From: an uncultured Alphaproteobacteria bacterium
Lineage (GTDB): Bacteria > Pseudomonadota > Alphaproteobacteria > CAAHEQ01 > UBA3637
Assembly (NCBI GenBank): GCA_944390205.1
Contig: CALXPF010000001.1
Location: 1 to 49,917, forward strand
Length of the DNA: 49,917 nucleotides
Direction of reading: 5' to 3'
Part shown: positions 17,377-26,616 of the stretch, piece after piece
Position numbering within the stretch: the stretch's first letter is position 1
Layout of the letters: each line of letters begins with the position of its first letter
The notes under the pieces: model-generated
Database searches by the model: none
What the model was told of the DNA's origin: nothing
What the model saw: the letters and a program-made list of their open reading frames with translations, nothing else
Translations under genes and position numbers: made by a program

Positions 17377-18375
17377 TTAAAAATTAAAGCTCATATTGAT
17401 TCCGTATCCCAATTGACCGTTTTGTGTCAACATCGGTTGAGAATGGAAAGCCAGAGAAGAATTGATCGGTTTTTCCTCAGGCCAAATCATTTGTGTCACC
17501 TCTGTCATCGGGTCCATTAAAAAGAGTGCCGTTGTCCCAAGTGCTTCAGAGTCCCACAATTCACCGTCATTTTCCAAAATATTTCTTTTTGTGACATAAA
17601 ACCACTCGCCCAATACGGCTCCGCCGACAGGTGTCACGATTAAATCTTGAATGGAGGGACGTTCCGCAAACGACTCAATTCCGTATTCCCAAAAAAATGT
17701 CGATAACGCAAAAGAATACATAAAAGAAGAAAAAGCATTTGCACCGGCCGATCGAGCGCCCATATAATAGATGGCACCGACATAAGGATGTGCAATATAA
17801 TTTAAAAACAGATCGTCTTTATCCCAAACGGGAGCATGAGAAACATTATCCCACCATTTTGAAAACGGGCTCTGTCCATCATCTTCCCAATTTGTAAAAC
17901 TGGAGGGCATCATATATAAAATCGCCATGGTTCCGACACCGGCCCCCACCAAAAGTCCCGTATTTTTAAGTAATAAATCACGATCAATTTGTTGTTCATC
18001 CAACGAATACGGTCTGTCATAGATACTTAAAGAGGAGTTCCCCTCGGTATCGGCAAAAATAAAATCCGAAGGAAGAGAGGTATTCACCTGTTGAGACATA
18101 TAAAAATCGGCTTTTTTTTCAGAAAAAATCTGTTGAGAGAATTTGTTTTCCACCGGCAATTGTTGGTTGGAAGAAGAGCGGATCTCATTATTTTTTTGCA
18201 TCTGTATTTGATACCATGTCTTACAAAAATTAACACCTTGATCTTCCTTTATTTCTGAGAAATCGGCTGGTTGTGACGCCTTTACCACACCGGCATCAAC
18301 CGTCTCACCCCAACAACATCCGATTACAATAAAAGAAAAACCCAAAAAATATCTAATAAATAAACATGGTCTCAT
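17377..18375 (-). CDS. Putative lipoprotein, DUF3943-like
   Basis: Lipobox-like 'FIVIGC'. C-terminal half 'WWDNVSHAPVWDKDDLFLNYIAHPYVGAIYYMGARS...FWEYGIESFAERPSIQDLIVTPVGGAVLGE' resembles my recollection of DUF3943. Confidence 0.45.
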   Translation of the reverse strand: MRPCLFIRYFLGFSFIVIGCCWGETVDAGVVKASQPADFSEIKEDQGVNFCKTWYQIQMQKNNEIRSSSNQQLPVENKFSQQIFSEKKADFYMSQQVNTSLPSDFIFADTEGNSSLSIYDRPYSLDEQQIDRDLLLKNTGLLVGAGVGTMAILYMMPSSFTNWEDDGQSPFSKWWDNVSHAPVWDKDDLFLNYIAHPYVGAIYYMGARSAGANAFSSFMYSFALSTFFWEYGIESFAERPSIQDLIVTPVGGAVLGEWFYVTKRNILENDGELWDSEALGTTALFLMDPMTEVTQMIWPEEKPINSSLAFHSQPMLTQNGQLGYGINMSFNF

Positions 18376-18548
18376 TCGATATTCCCATAATCAACGTGTT
18401 GACAAAATTTTTCTAAAAGACGGAAAATACAATTATATGTTTGCATACCATACCTGTTTTTTACAAAATTAACAATAAAAAAACAACTTCATGTAAATTT
18501 TTCTTGATAAATCATCACATTTTTTTTAAAACAAAAGAGTAATCGGCT

Positions 18549-20138
18549 ATGGAGGGTTTCGTGCGTTTTTGGGGTTGTCTTCTGTTCTTGTTTATATGTG
18601 TGTTTCAAAGTCATCCGATGTTTGCCTACACAATTCATCTCATGCACACGAATGATTTACACGCCCATTTTTTACCAAGTGATCAAAACAGTCAAGTATG
18701 TACGGACCAATCGCCGAATTGTGCCGGCGGATTAAGCCGGATCAAAACACTTATTGATCAAGAACGGGATAAATACAAAGATCTGATCTTATTGGATGCC
18801 GGCGATCGATTTTCCGGAACAATTTTTTATACCCTTCGAAAAAGTCAAGACTTGGCTCCCATTTTAAAAACATTTCGTTACGATGCTCTCACCATTGGCA
18901 ATCATGAATTAGATGACGGAACGGGAGAATTTCGTTCTTTTTTTGATAAGGTAGATACATCGGTCGTTGTCTCAAACGTTCGTTTTTTAAAAGATTCCGC
19001 TTTGGACAAACAAATTACCCCCTCCAAAATCATCACACGAAACGGGAAAAAAATCGGAATTATCGGCGTTCTGACGGAAGAGACACAAACCGCCTGTGAA
19101 CACGCCGATGAAATTGAGATTGAAAATGTTCAACGGGCCGTCGCTCGTGAAATTCAACACTTAAAAAGACAAGGTGTTCACGTTATCATTGTATTATCGC
19201 ATATCGGATATGAAGCGGATCAAAAATTAGCGCAAACCGTTCCGGGAATTCATATCATTGTCGGCGGACACTCTCATACCGTTTTATCGAATGATCCCGA
19301 TAATAAAGAAGCGGTCGGAGACTATCCGACTGTTGTCATCAATTCCGAACAAAAACCCGTTTTAATCGTCACCGCCGGTGTCTTTGGCCGTTATGTCGGT
19401 CGATTAGATGTTGAATTTAATGAACAAAATATCCCCGTTTCATGGAGTGGAAACGCCCTCTTCGTTCACTCATCCATCAAGCCGGATCCGGCCATCGAAA
19501 GACGGGTCAATTATGCGTATCAGCTGGTTGAACGACAGGGGCAAGAAAAAATCACAACGTTAAAAGAGGATCTTTTAATGACTCCTCAAAAAAGTTTCTG
19601 TTCCGAATCGTGTCATATCGGCGAGGTTCTTTCAAACGCTCTCCTTCAAGGAGCGAGTGACGCCGATATGGCATTATTAAACGCGGGTGGAATTCGCGCC
19701 GGTCTCTCTAAGGGCGAGGTGACGCTTTCCGATCTTATTGATGTTTTCCCGTTTGATTCAAAAGCCGTTCTCATTCAAATGACGGGACAACAACTGATCG
19801 ACTATCTGTCATACGCACTGAAATCGTACTCATCAACGGATCGAACCAACACCTTTTTACAATCTGCCGGTCTTTCATATTCGTTTGACGCAGAAACACG
19901 ACAGCCCTTTAACATTTTAATTCATGGGAAACCCCTTCAAAAAAATAGAATATACACGATTGTCACCGCCTCTTTTTTAGCAAACGGGGGCGATGGTTTT
20001 CCCGCCTTTAAGCCGATTAAAACGTTTCCGCAAACACTTCGTGGTATTTTGCATCAACAATTAAAAAAGAATCCGATTCCCAGTTTTAAAAACAATATTC
20101 AAAAAGAAGAAGCGTCCACACTTAAAAAAGCGGCATAA
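18549..20138 (+). CDS. Secreted bifunctional metallophosphatase / 5'-nucleotidase (UshA family)
   Basis: Signal peptide, then 'HTNDLHA', 'DAGD', 'GNHELD', 'GGHSH' calcineurin-like motifs, plus a C-terminal 5'-nucleotidase substrate-binding domain ('LNAGGIRA', 'FLANGGDGF'). Confidence 0.8.
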   Translation: MEGFVRFWGCLLFLFICVFQSHPMFAYTIHLMHTNDLHAHFLPSDQNSQVCTDQSPNCAGGLSRIKTLIDQERDKYKDLILLDAGDRFSGTIFYTLRKSQDLAPILKTFRYDALTIGNHELDDGTGEFRSFFDKVDTSVVVSNVRFLKDSALDKQITPSKIITRNGKKIGIIGVLTEETQTACEHADEIEIENVQRAVAREIQHLKRQGVHVIIVLSHIGYEADQKLAQTVPGIHIIVGGHSHTVLSNDPDNKEAVGDYPTVVINSEQKPVLIVTAGVFGRYVGRLDVEFNEQNIPVSWSGNALFVHSSIKPDPAIERRVNYAYQLVERQGQEKITTLKEDLLMTPQKSFCSESCHIGEVLSNALLQGASDADMALLNAGGIRAGLSKGEVTLSDLIDVFPFDSKAVLIQMTGQQLIDYLSYALKSYSSTDRTNTFLQSAGLSYSFDAETRQPFNILIHGKPLQKNRIYTIVTASFLANGGDGFPAFKPIKTFPQTLRGILHQQLKKNPIPSFKNNIQKEEASTLKKAA

Positions 20139-20187
20139 TTCTCCAATGTTTGCAAAAACAATTTAATTGCGGTAAAAAAATAATTTT

Positions 20188-21465
20188 TTAAGCCGGTTTC
20201 CCTCGATATTCAACCGGATAGACCGTTTCTTTTTGAGAAACTTCTATTTTCTTTTGGCGAAAAGAAATCAAGTAGAAACCATTGGAGGCAAACGCAAGAC
20301 TGTATCCGATTAACATTGCCCAGAACGGAGAAAATTGATCTCCGAGCCATCCGATAAATAACGAACACATGGAATACATGCCCCCGTTCAATAAAGAGGA
20401 CAGAGACAAAATGGTTCCTCTTTCACCCAAAGAAGCCTCACCTTGCAAAAAGACGCCGGAGGCCGGACTATAGATACCGAAACAACCGGAAGCCCCCGTC
20501 TTTAAAAATAAAGTTCCGATATTGGAAAGAGAAATACCGATTATGTTTAAAAGATTATCCAATAAGGCCCCCGCCAAAATCGTTCGTTCAATTCCGATCC
20601 ATTTTCCGATTCGAGCCGAAAAATAACTGGTTAAACTATTCATTAAATGGCCTAAAAACCGCCAAATACTCAAAGACCATTCGGGAACAAGCGTTTTGTA
20701 AAAATTAGCACTAAACGTAAAGGAGGCTTCATTTAATCCGAAATAAGAGGCCTCCGCCAAAGAAAACCATAAAAGACGTTTGTTATTAAACAGATATACA
20801 ACTGCTTTTTTGATATGCTTAAACGGATTGATGGTTGTTGCTTTTTGTTTGAGGGGATCTTTCAAAAAAAGTGTTGTCACAAAAGCAACCGTAATCGGAA
20901 ACAAAGTTGCAATCATCGCGGTTTTTAAAGAAATAAAAACAAAAATACTTCCCACCAACGCGCCCAACGCAAGCCCTAAGGCAGACAGGGATTTACATCG
21001 GGAAATAATCCGGTGATATTCCTCTTTACGATGAAGATCAATTAAACTCTCATACACCAAAGAATCATTATTGGTTGTTCCCATGGAGCGGTAAATTCCC
21101 ATAAACAACGCCCCCACAACCAAAACCTCATAAGAACCGGCAAAAGCATATAAAAAGGCGGCGATCAATCGAGCCAATGTACAATAAATCGTAACCATTC
21201 TTCGCCCGAATTTATCTGATAAAAATCCGACCGGAACACCTAAACAAGCCCCTGTCATATAGCCGATTGCATATAAACTCATGGCACGCATATAACTGCC
21301 GGTGACGGACGCAAAATAAATCACTTCGATCGGAAGAGAAAATTGCATTTTCCAAAACAATTGATACAGGTACATCAGCGGAATATTCCGCTCCAAGCGA
21401 TTATTCGTTTGGAGAGCATGAATAAATTTTTTAAAAAAAGTAAACGATGTTAACAATCCCTGCAT
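20188..21465 (-). CDS. MFS transporter
   Basis: ~12 predicted hydrophobic segments. MFS motif A-like 'GFLSDKFGRRMV' between TM2 and TM3. Confidence 0.7.
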   Translation of the reverse strand: MQGLLTSFTFFKKFIHALQTNNRLERNIPLMYLYQLFWKMQFSLPIEVIYFASVTGSYMRAMSLYAIGYMTGACLGVPVGFLSDKFGRRMVTIYCTLARLIAAFLYAFAGSYEVLVVGALFMGIYRSMGTTNNDSLVYESLIDLHRKEEYHRIISRCKSLSALGLALGALVGSIFVFISLKTAMIATLFPITVAFVTTLFLKDPLKQKATTINPFKHIKKAVVYLFNNKRLLWFSLAEASYFGLNEASFTFSANFYKTLVPEWSLSIWRFLGHLMNSLTSYFSARIGKWIGIERTILAGALLDNLLNIIGISLSNIGTLFLKTGASGCFGIYSPASGVFLQGEASLGERGTILSLSSLLNGGMYSMCSLFIGWLGDQFSPFWAMLIGYSLAFASNGFYLISFRQKKIEVSQKETVYPVEYRGKPA

Positions 21466-21643
21466 GGTTTATATCATATATCTTGTTTCTTTTTAAAAAT
21501 CAATTTTTTTTACAAGATCGAATCAAATAAAATAAGGAATCAAGAAAAAAGGATACATTATATCTCCATACAAAAAAGAAGCGTTTTTTTATGATTGATT
21601 TTTGCATAAAAATGTATGATAATCCGTTTCAATCGGAGAAAAC

Positions 21644-22645
21644 ATGACTCATCAGCAGAATAACTCAGATATTGACATTCCCAAATTTCTCATTTTTTTA
21701 GAGAATCTTCTCAATGAGCCCATTTGGGATGTCTACCGATTTTCCAAAGGATCTTCCTCTTATAATTTTAAGATCACGACATCTCGTCGAACCATTCTTG
21801 TTAAATTACTCAAAAAACATTCGATGGTTGGGTTTAACCGTATTTATCAAATTATGAATCGATTAGAAAAAAATCCCGAGTTAAAATATGCCCATTTACA
21901 AAAAATAAACGGGGAGCCTTATTTTGTTTATCAAAATTATTATGGTATCATCCTAGATTACATTCAAGGAGAAGCTCTTTCTTCTTATGAAATCGCCCGC
22001 CGTCATTTCAGGCAAATTCTCCACCTGTATGCCCTTTTTCAAAAAACGGATTTTTCAAACTGCCAAGCCCTCCTCCCTCCTTATGATTTGGAAAAAATAT
22101 GGCAAGAGGCTTTTGATTCTCTTCAAGAGCAAGAGGCTCAAATAAAAACTCACGGCGGATTTCAAAAAATAATATTTCAAAGATTGTTTTCTCTTATAAA
22201 AAAGCATCTTCTTCAATTAAAAAATGAACCGCTTCAACGAAAGCCCGATCGAATGGCCGTTATTCACGGAGATTTTCATAATAATAATTTATTGTTTCAA
22301 AAAGAAAAACTGGTTGCCTTAATTGATTTTGAAGAGGTCGGATACGGTTATCCAACCGAAGATCTGATGCGTTTTATCTTATGCCTCATCGAACGACTTC
22401 CCATCTGGATTACCCCTTTTTCCTATGTTGGAGAATGGATTGAATTATCACAAAAACGGTTTTCGTTTACCGAAGAAGAGTGGGTACTGGGACTCAATTC
22501 TTTTTCTGTTCAAAAAATTCAAAAAATACTGCGTGGCAAGTACAAACTTTTTTCACTCAAACATTTAAAAAAAATGATCCAACTCGTCTTTTATTTCCAC
22601 CTGCATAAAAAAATAGGCGGGCTCATCAAAGAGAAAATAAGGTAA
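21644..22645 (+). CDS. Kinase-fold phosphotransferase (APH / choline-ethanolamine kinase / homoserine kinase II family)
   Basis: Catalytic-loop 'VIHGDFHNNNLLF' followed by 'LIDFEE', typical of the APH-like fold. Substrate not inferable. Confidence 0.6.
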   Translation: MTHQQNNSDIDIPKFLIFLENLLNEPIWDVYRFSKGSSSYNFKITTSRRTILVKLLKKHSMVGFNRIYQIMNRLEKNPELKYAHLQKINGEPYFVYQNYYGIILDYIQGEALSSYEIARRHFRQILHLYALFQKTDFSNCQALLPPYDLEKIWQEAFDSLQEQEAQIKTHGGFQKIIFQRLFSLIKKHLLQLKNEPLQRKPDRMAVIHGDFHNNNLLFQKEKLVALIDFEEVGYGYPTEDLMRFILCLIERLPIWITPFSYVGEWIELSQKRFSFTEEEWVLGLNSFSVQKIQKILRGKYKLFSLKHLKKMIQLVFYFHLHKKIGGLIKEKIR

Positions 22646-22679
22646 TTTTTTATTTTAAAATATCTCTTGAAATTTCGAC

Positions 22680-24281
22680 TCAAATAAGACTTTTTTGCGG
22701 TAAAACATCCGGATGAGACAACTGCGCCAAAATGAGAATGGTATGAATTACGTCTTGACTGTTGTATGGTTTTTCCAAGCCGGCCTCAAGACGAGCCTCC
22801 CCGCCTTGAAGCGTGTTTATATACTCTTGAGAACACCACAATAAAAACGGAATTTCCGTCATGGGTTTATTCGCCAGCTGGGAATGTCCCAAAATTTTCT
22901 TGGTATCCGTATCGAAAATATCTTCGCCATGGTCACTTAAATACAATAAAAATCTTTCACCCGAAACGGCTTTTAACAGGGTTATCATTTGCGCCAACAC
23001 ATAATCCGTATACCTGATACTGTCATCATAAGCATTTAACAGAGCATGCCCTTCTTTTGAAAGATTTTTTCCGGAAAACGGTTCCTTAAAATGTTTAAAA
23101 GAGGCCGGATACCGATTGGCATATGCGGAATGAGATCCGATCAAATGGACAAAAATAACTTTTTTAAGAACGGTTTGATCCGATAAAACTTTTTGAAAAT
23201 CGGGCAACATATCGCCGTCAAATCCCGTTTTTTCAAATCGTTTCATCCCGCTGAAATTAAATGATTTTTCCCAAGAGGCTTGCTTTGAAACGGCGGTGAT
23301 TAGCGTATCGGACAAAGCATATTGATTTGAAAACCAATATGTTTTAAATCCTGCCTGATTAAAGAACTCCACAATAGACCCTTTTTGATATAAGTATTCG
23401 GGATGTTCGGAATCCATAAACGTCAACACCCGCTCCAAAACCGGCAGGGTCTGAGCAAACGGGGAGATCACGTTTTTAAACGTATAAATTTTTTCTCCCG
23501 TTTTTTTCAAGAACTCATTTGTGTCCCGCGGGTATCCGTACAACGAAAAATGGGATCGATTGGCAGATTCCCCGATAACAATCACATATGTTTCCGGTTC
23601 TTTCGGATCGACTTTTGAAACGATACCTTGAAAAGGAGGCGCTTTTTTCTGATTCACCCAATTTTTCAATTCGGAATACGTTTTATGATACGCATACAAA
23701 TGATAAAAAACGTTACTGTACGGATTTAAAATATAGCCATCTTTAAATTTAAATCCCGTTTTAAATAAATTACGCACAAAAGGAACGGCACAAACGACAC
23801 ACAGGACACCGCCGATTATTTGTTGCATCAAGGATAATTCGAGTGGTTGTAAAAGCAAAAGAAAGACAAGTGGAACCCCCAAAAAAAGAGGGGCTAAAAT
23901 AAACAGAATCGTCGGAACATTTTGGCTCATAAACTCCTTTGTTTCTTTCATATTAGAAACAAATAACGTAAAAAACGTATTTAATCCGATTCGTGTTTTA
24001 AACAGGTAAATATGACTGATTTCAATAAACATGAGCGGGACAAAACAAAAATGGATAAAAAGCATATAGGCCTTTGCAAATGTCGGAAAAACAAACAACG
24101 GAAGAGCCACCAAAAAACAAACCGGAAATGTCCGGACAACATCTTTTAAAAACAATTTAAAAAAGAGAGGATCTTTTAAAGAGGCTTCCGACAAACTCCG
24201 AAAAAACGTATAAAGAAGCGGTAAAAAGCCAATCCATAAAATATATCCGAAACATAAAAATAAATTTGACATAGAGCTCAT
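22680..24281 (-). CDS. Phosphoethanolamine transferase (membrane-anchored sulfatase/alkaline-phosphatase superfamily)
   Basis: N-terminal ~5 TM segments, then 'VIVIGESANRSHFSLYGYPRDTN', 'FVHLIGSHSAY..RYP', 'YDDSIRYTDY', 'SDHGE'. Confidence 0.8.
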   Translation of the reverse strand: MSSMSNLFLCFGYILWIGFLPLLYTFFRSLSEASLKDPLFFKLFLKDVVRTFPVCFLVALPLFVFPTFAKAYMLFIHFCFVPLMFIEISHIYLFKTRIGLNTFFTLFVSNMKETKEFMSQNVPTILFILAPLFLGVPLVFLLLLQPLELSLMQQIIGGVLCVVCAVPFVRNLFKTGFKFKDGYILNPYSNVFYHLYAYHKTYSELKNWVNQKKAPPFQGIVSKVDPKEPETYVIVIGESANRSHFSLYGYPRDTNEFLKKTGEKIYTFKNVISPFAQTLPVLERVLTFMDSEHPEYLYQKGSIVEFFNQAGFKTYWFSNQYALSDTLITAVSKQASWEKSFNFSGMKRFEKTGFDGDMLPDFQKVLSDQTVLKKVIFVHLIGSHSAYANRYPASFKHFKEPFSGKNLSKEGHALLNAYDDSIRYTDYVLAQMITLLKAVSGERFLLYLSDHGEDIFDTDTKKILGHSQLANKPMTEIPFLLWCSQEYINTLQGGEARLEAGLEKPYNSQDVIHTILILAQLSHPDVLPQKSLI

Positions 24282-24364
24282 CCGGTCTTAAATTAAAATA
24301 TCCCGTCAGTATAGAAAAATGTCTTTTATTTGTCAAGGAACCGAAAACTTTTTAAGGAATACCC

Positions 24365-25612
24365 ATGTCTCTTCTCATTAAAAATGCTCTTATCAACGGA
24401 AAAAAACAAGATTTATACGTCTATCAAAATCGCATTCAACACATTTCTCCTAACATTTCAAAACAGGCAGATGATGTTATCGATGCCTCTCAAAAAGCCC
24501 TTCTTCCGGCATTTTACAATACGCATACGCATGCGGCCATGGTTGCATTAAGAGGATTGGGAGAAGACAAAGAGCTCAATGAGTGGCTCACTCAAGATAT
24601 TTGGCCGAGAGAAGCCAAAATGACGCCTGAGCTCATTTATCAAGCCTCTCGATTGGCCATTTTGGAAATGATTAAAAGCGGAACCGTTTTTTTCTCAGAT
24701 ATGTATTTTTATATGCCGGAAACAATCAAAGCGGTTGATGAAATGGGCGTGCGAGCCGCCATATCGGTTGTCGGAATGGATCTGTTTGACCCCCGACAAA
24801 CGCAAGAGAAAAAAAAGCAAATGCGCTCCTTTTTTGAAACACCCGTACCAACCGACAGAATTATCAAAACAGTCGCCTGTCACGGACTGTATACTGTTTC
24901 GGAGGAGCTGTTTTTATTTGCAATCAACTTAATGAAAGAACAAAAAACATTTTTACACATCCATGCTGCCGAAACAAAGCAAGAAACAGAAGACTGTTCG
25001 CAAAGATATGGTATATCAATCGTGGAACAACTGAATAAATGGCATGCTTTGGGACCTAAAACCATTTTGGCTCATGCGGTTCATTTATCCGAGAAGGAGC
25101 GTGAAATCATTGCGGACACTCAAACAGTTATCGCTCATTGTCCGATATCAAATTTAAAATTAAATTCCGGTCAAATGCCTCTTGATGATTATCTGGAAAG
25201 AGGCATAACCGTCACCTTGGGAACGGATGGCGCCGCTTCCAATAACAGCCTCAGTATGCTCGGTGAAATGAAAATAGCAGCCCTGTCTGCTAAAAATCAA
25301 GCGAACAATATCAAAGCCGGTAAGGTTTCCGACATTTTTCGAATGGCCACACGTTCCGGAGCAACCGCTTTTGGATTGGACGCCGGTGACATTCGAGAAG
25401 GAGCTTTGGCCGATTTTATTTTGGTTGACTTGACAAATCCTCTTTTAATGCCTCCATACGATTTAACGGCAAATTTAGTTTATTCGGCGGATTCTTCTTG
25501 TATTACGGATGTTTGTTGCAACGGGAAAATGATTATGAAAGAAAGAACCGTTAACCAAGAAAAAGAAATAAAAAAGGCGTTTACGGAGGCTCTTGAAAAA
25601 AGCATTCAATAA
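24365..25612 (+). CDS. mtaD: Amidohydrolase-family deaminase (5-methylthioadenosine/S-adenosylhomocysteine deaminase-like)
   Basis: 'NTHTHAAM', 'HIHAAET', 'LAHAVHL', 'LGTDGAASNNSLSM' metal-ligand motifs in MtaD/TRZ-ATZ order. The exact substrate is uncertain. Confidence 0.6.
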   Translation: MSLLIKNALINGKKQDLYVYQNRIQHISPNISKQADDVIDASQKALLPAFYNTHTHAAMVALRGLGEDKELNEWLTQDIWPREAKMTPELIYQASRLAILEMIKSGTVFFSDMYFYMPETIKAVDEMGVRAAISVVGMDLFDPRQTQEKKKQMRSFFETPVPTDRIIKTVACHGLYTVSEELFLFAINLMKEQKTFLHIHAAETKQETEDCSQRYGISIVEQLNKWHALGPKTILAHAVHLSEKEREIIADTQTVIAHCPISNLKLNSGQMPLDDYLERGITVTLGTDGAASNNSLSMLGEMKIAALSAKNQANNIKAGKVSDIFRMATRSGATAFGLDAGDIREGALADFILVDLTNPLLMPPYDLTANLVYSADSSCITDVCCNGKMIMKERTVNQEKEIKKAFTEALEKSIQ

Positions 25613-25637
25613 AAGCCATAACTAAGGGGGGGATTTG

Positions 25638-26363
25638 ATGACATTTCAAAAGAGCTTAACTGTTTTTGAAAAAACTTTTAGTCCGTTTTTTTTGTTGGGA
25701 ATTTTTATTTTGTCTTTTTTTGAACCCCTTGTTCAATCTTATGCAAAGTCGGATCATGAGATAATTTTCTATGGCGTTATTCCGCTTTTAAATGCCTTTT
25801 TAACCCTCCTAAGCGTTAAAATCGGTTTTTATTTTATCTTAAAATACATTCCACACTCAGGATTCCTCTCCTTAGAGAAAAGAACGATTTATCTCACTTC
25901 TTTCTTGGCCGGATTAAGCTCTCCATTCATCGGAACTGCTTATGGGATTTATCCCTTAGGCATTTTTATTCTTTTTTTAATACTTTGTCGCATCCGATCC
26001 TTTTTGCTTCAAGCCAAACGTCTTTTACAAAGAAATGATGTCAACAGTCGACAAGATGTTATTGACTTTTTAAGTTTCTTTTTACACTTAATCATCGCTT
26101 TTTCGGTCATTAATTTATTGCTTCAAAACATTGATCATCGAATGGACGGCGGTCATGAATTTAATTTTGGATTGGGAATTTATGAAATTTTCAATACGAT
26201 TTATTTTACGATTGCAACCGTCACGACAGTCGGCTACGGAGATATTGTTCCCCAAACATATCTGTCAAAAATGATCATCGCCTTTGAATGTTTGATCAGC
26301 TATGTCACCTTTGGTTTAATGATCGGCATCATCACAAAAGGCGTTAATTTCCATCGCCGATAA
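25638..26363 (+). CDS. Potassium channel (pore-loop ion transport protein)
   Basis: Selectivity filter 'TVTTVGYGD' between two C-terminal TM helices, with additional N-terminal TMs. ATG 25638 follows AAGGGGGGG; the ORF-track start is a TTG one codon earlier. Confidence 0.8.
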   Translation: MTFQKSLTVFEKTFSPFFLLGIFILSFFEPLVQSYAKSDHEIIFYGVIPLLNAFLTLLSVKIGFYFILKYIPHSGFLSLEKRTIYLTSFLAGLSSPFIGTAYGIYPLGIFILFLILCRIRSFLLQAKRLLQRNDVNSRQDVIDFLSFFLHLIIAFSVINLLLQNIDHRMDGGHEFNFGLGIYEIFNTIYFTIATVTTVGYGDIVPQTYLSKMIIAFECLISYVTFGLMIGIITKGVNFHRR

Positions 26364-26446
26364 ATTAAAAAATTATTTTTGACTTCGGTTGTCGTCATTT
26401 GTCATTTTTTGTTTCATTTTGCCGTGTCGCGTTTTGGAGAAAAGTT

Positions 26447-26455
26447 TGATATAAT
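26447..26455 (+). promoter_or_regulatory. Extended -10 promoter element TGATATAAT (a second TATAAT lies at 26461..26466)
   Basis: Exact TGnTATAAT match in an ORF-free spacer, ~70-90 nt upstream of an intrinsic terminator. Confidence 0.35.
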
Positions 26456-26518
26456 ATCTCTATAATCGATTTAGTCTACTTTCTTTTTCTTTCTAAATTG
26501 ATTAAATCCGAATCTTTT

Positions 26519-26552
26519 AAGCCGTCCCGCGAACAGGTCGGTTTTTTATTTT
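26519..26552 (+). terminator. Intrinsic terminator upstream of the tail-fibre-like gene
   Basis: AAGCCGTCC-CGCGAACA-GGTCGGTT hairpin (one T/T mismatch) followed by TTTTTATTTT. Confidence 0.5.
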
Positions 26553-26616
26553 ATCATCTATTCGGGCTCACTCATTTTTTATTGATAAAAATCATCACAT
26601 GACGAAAGGACAAGAC

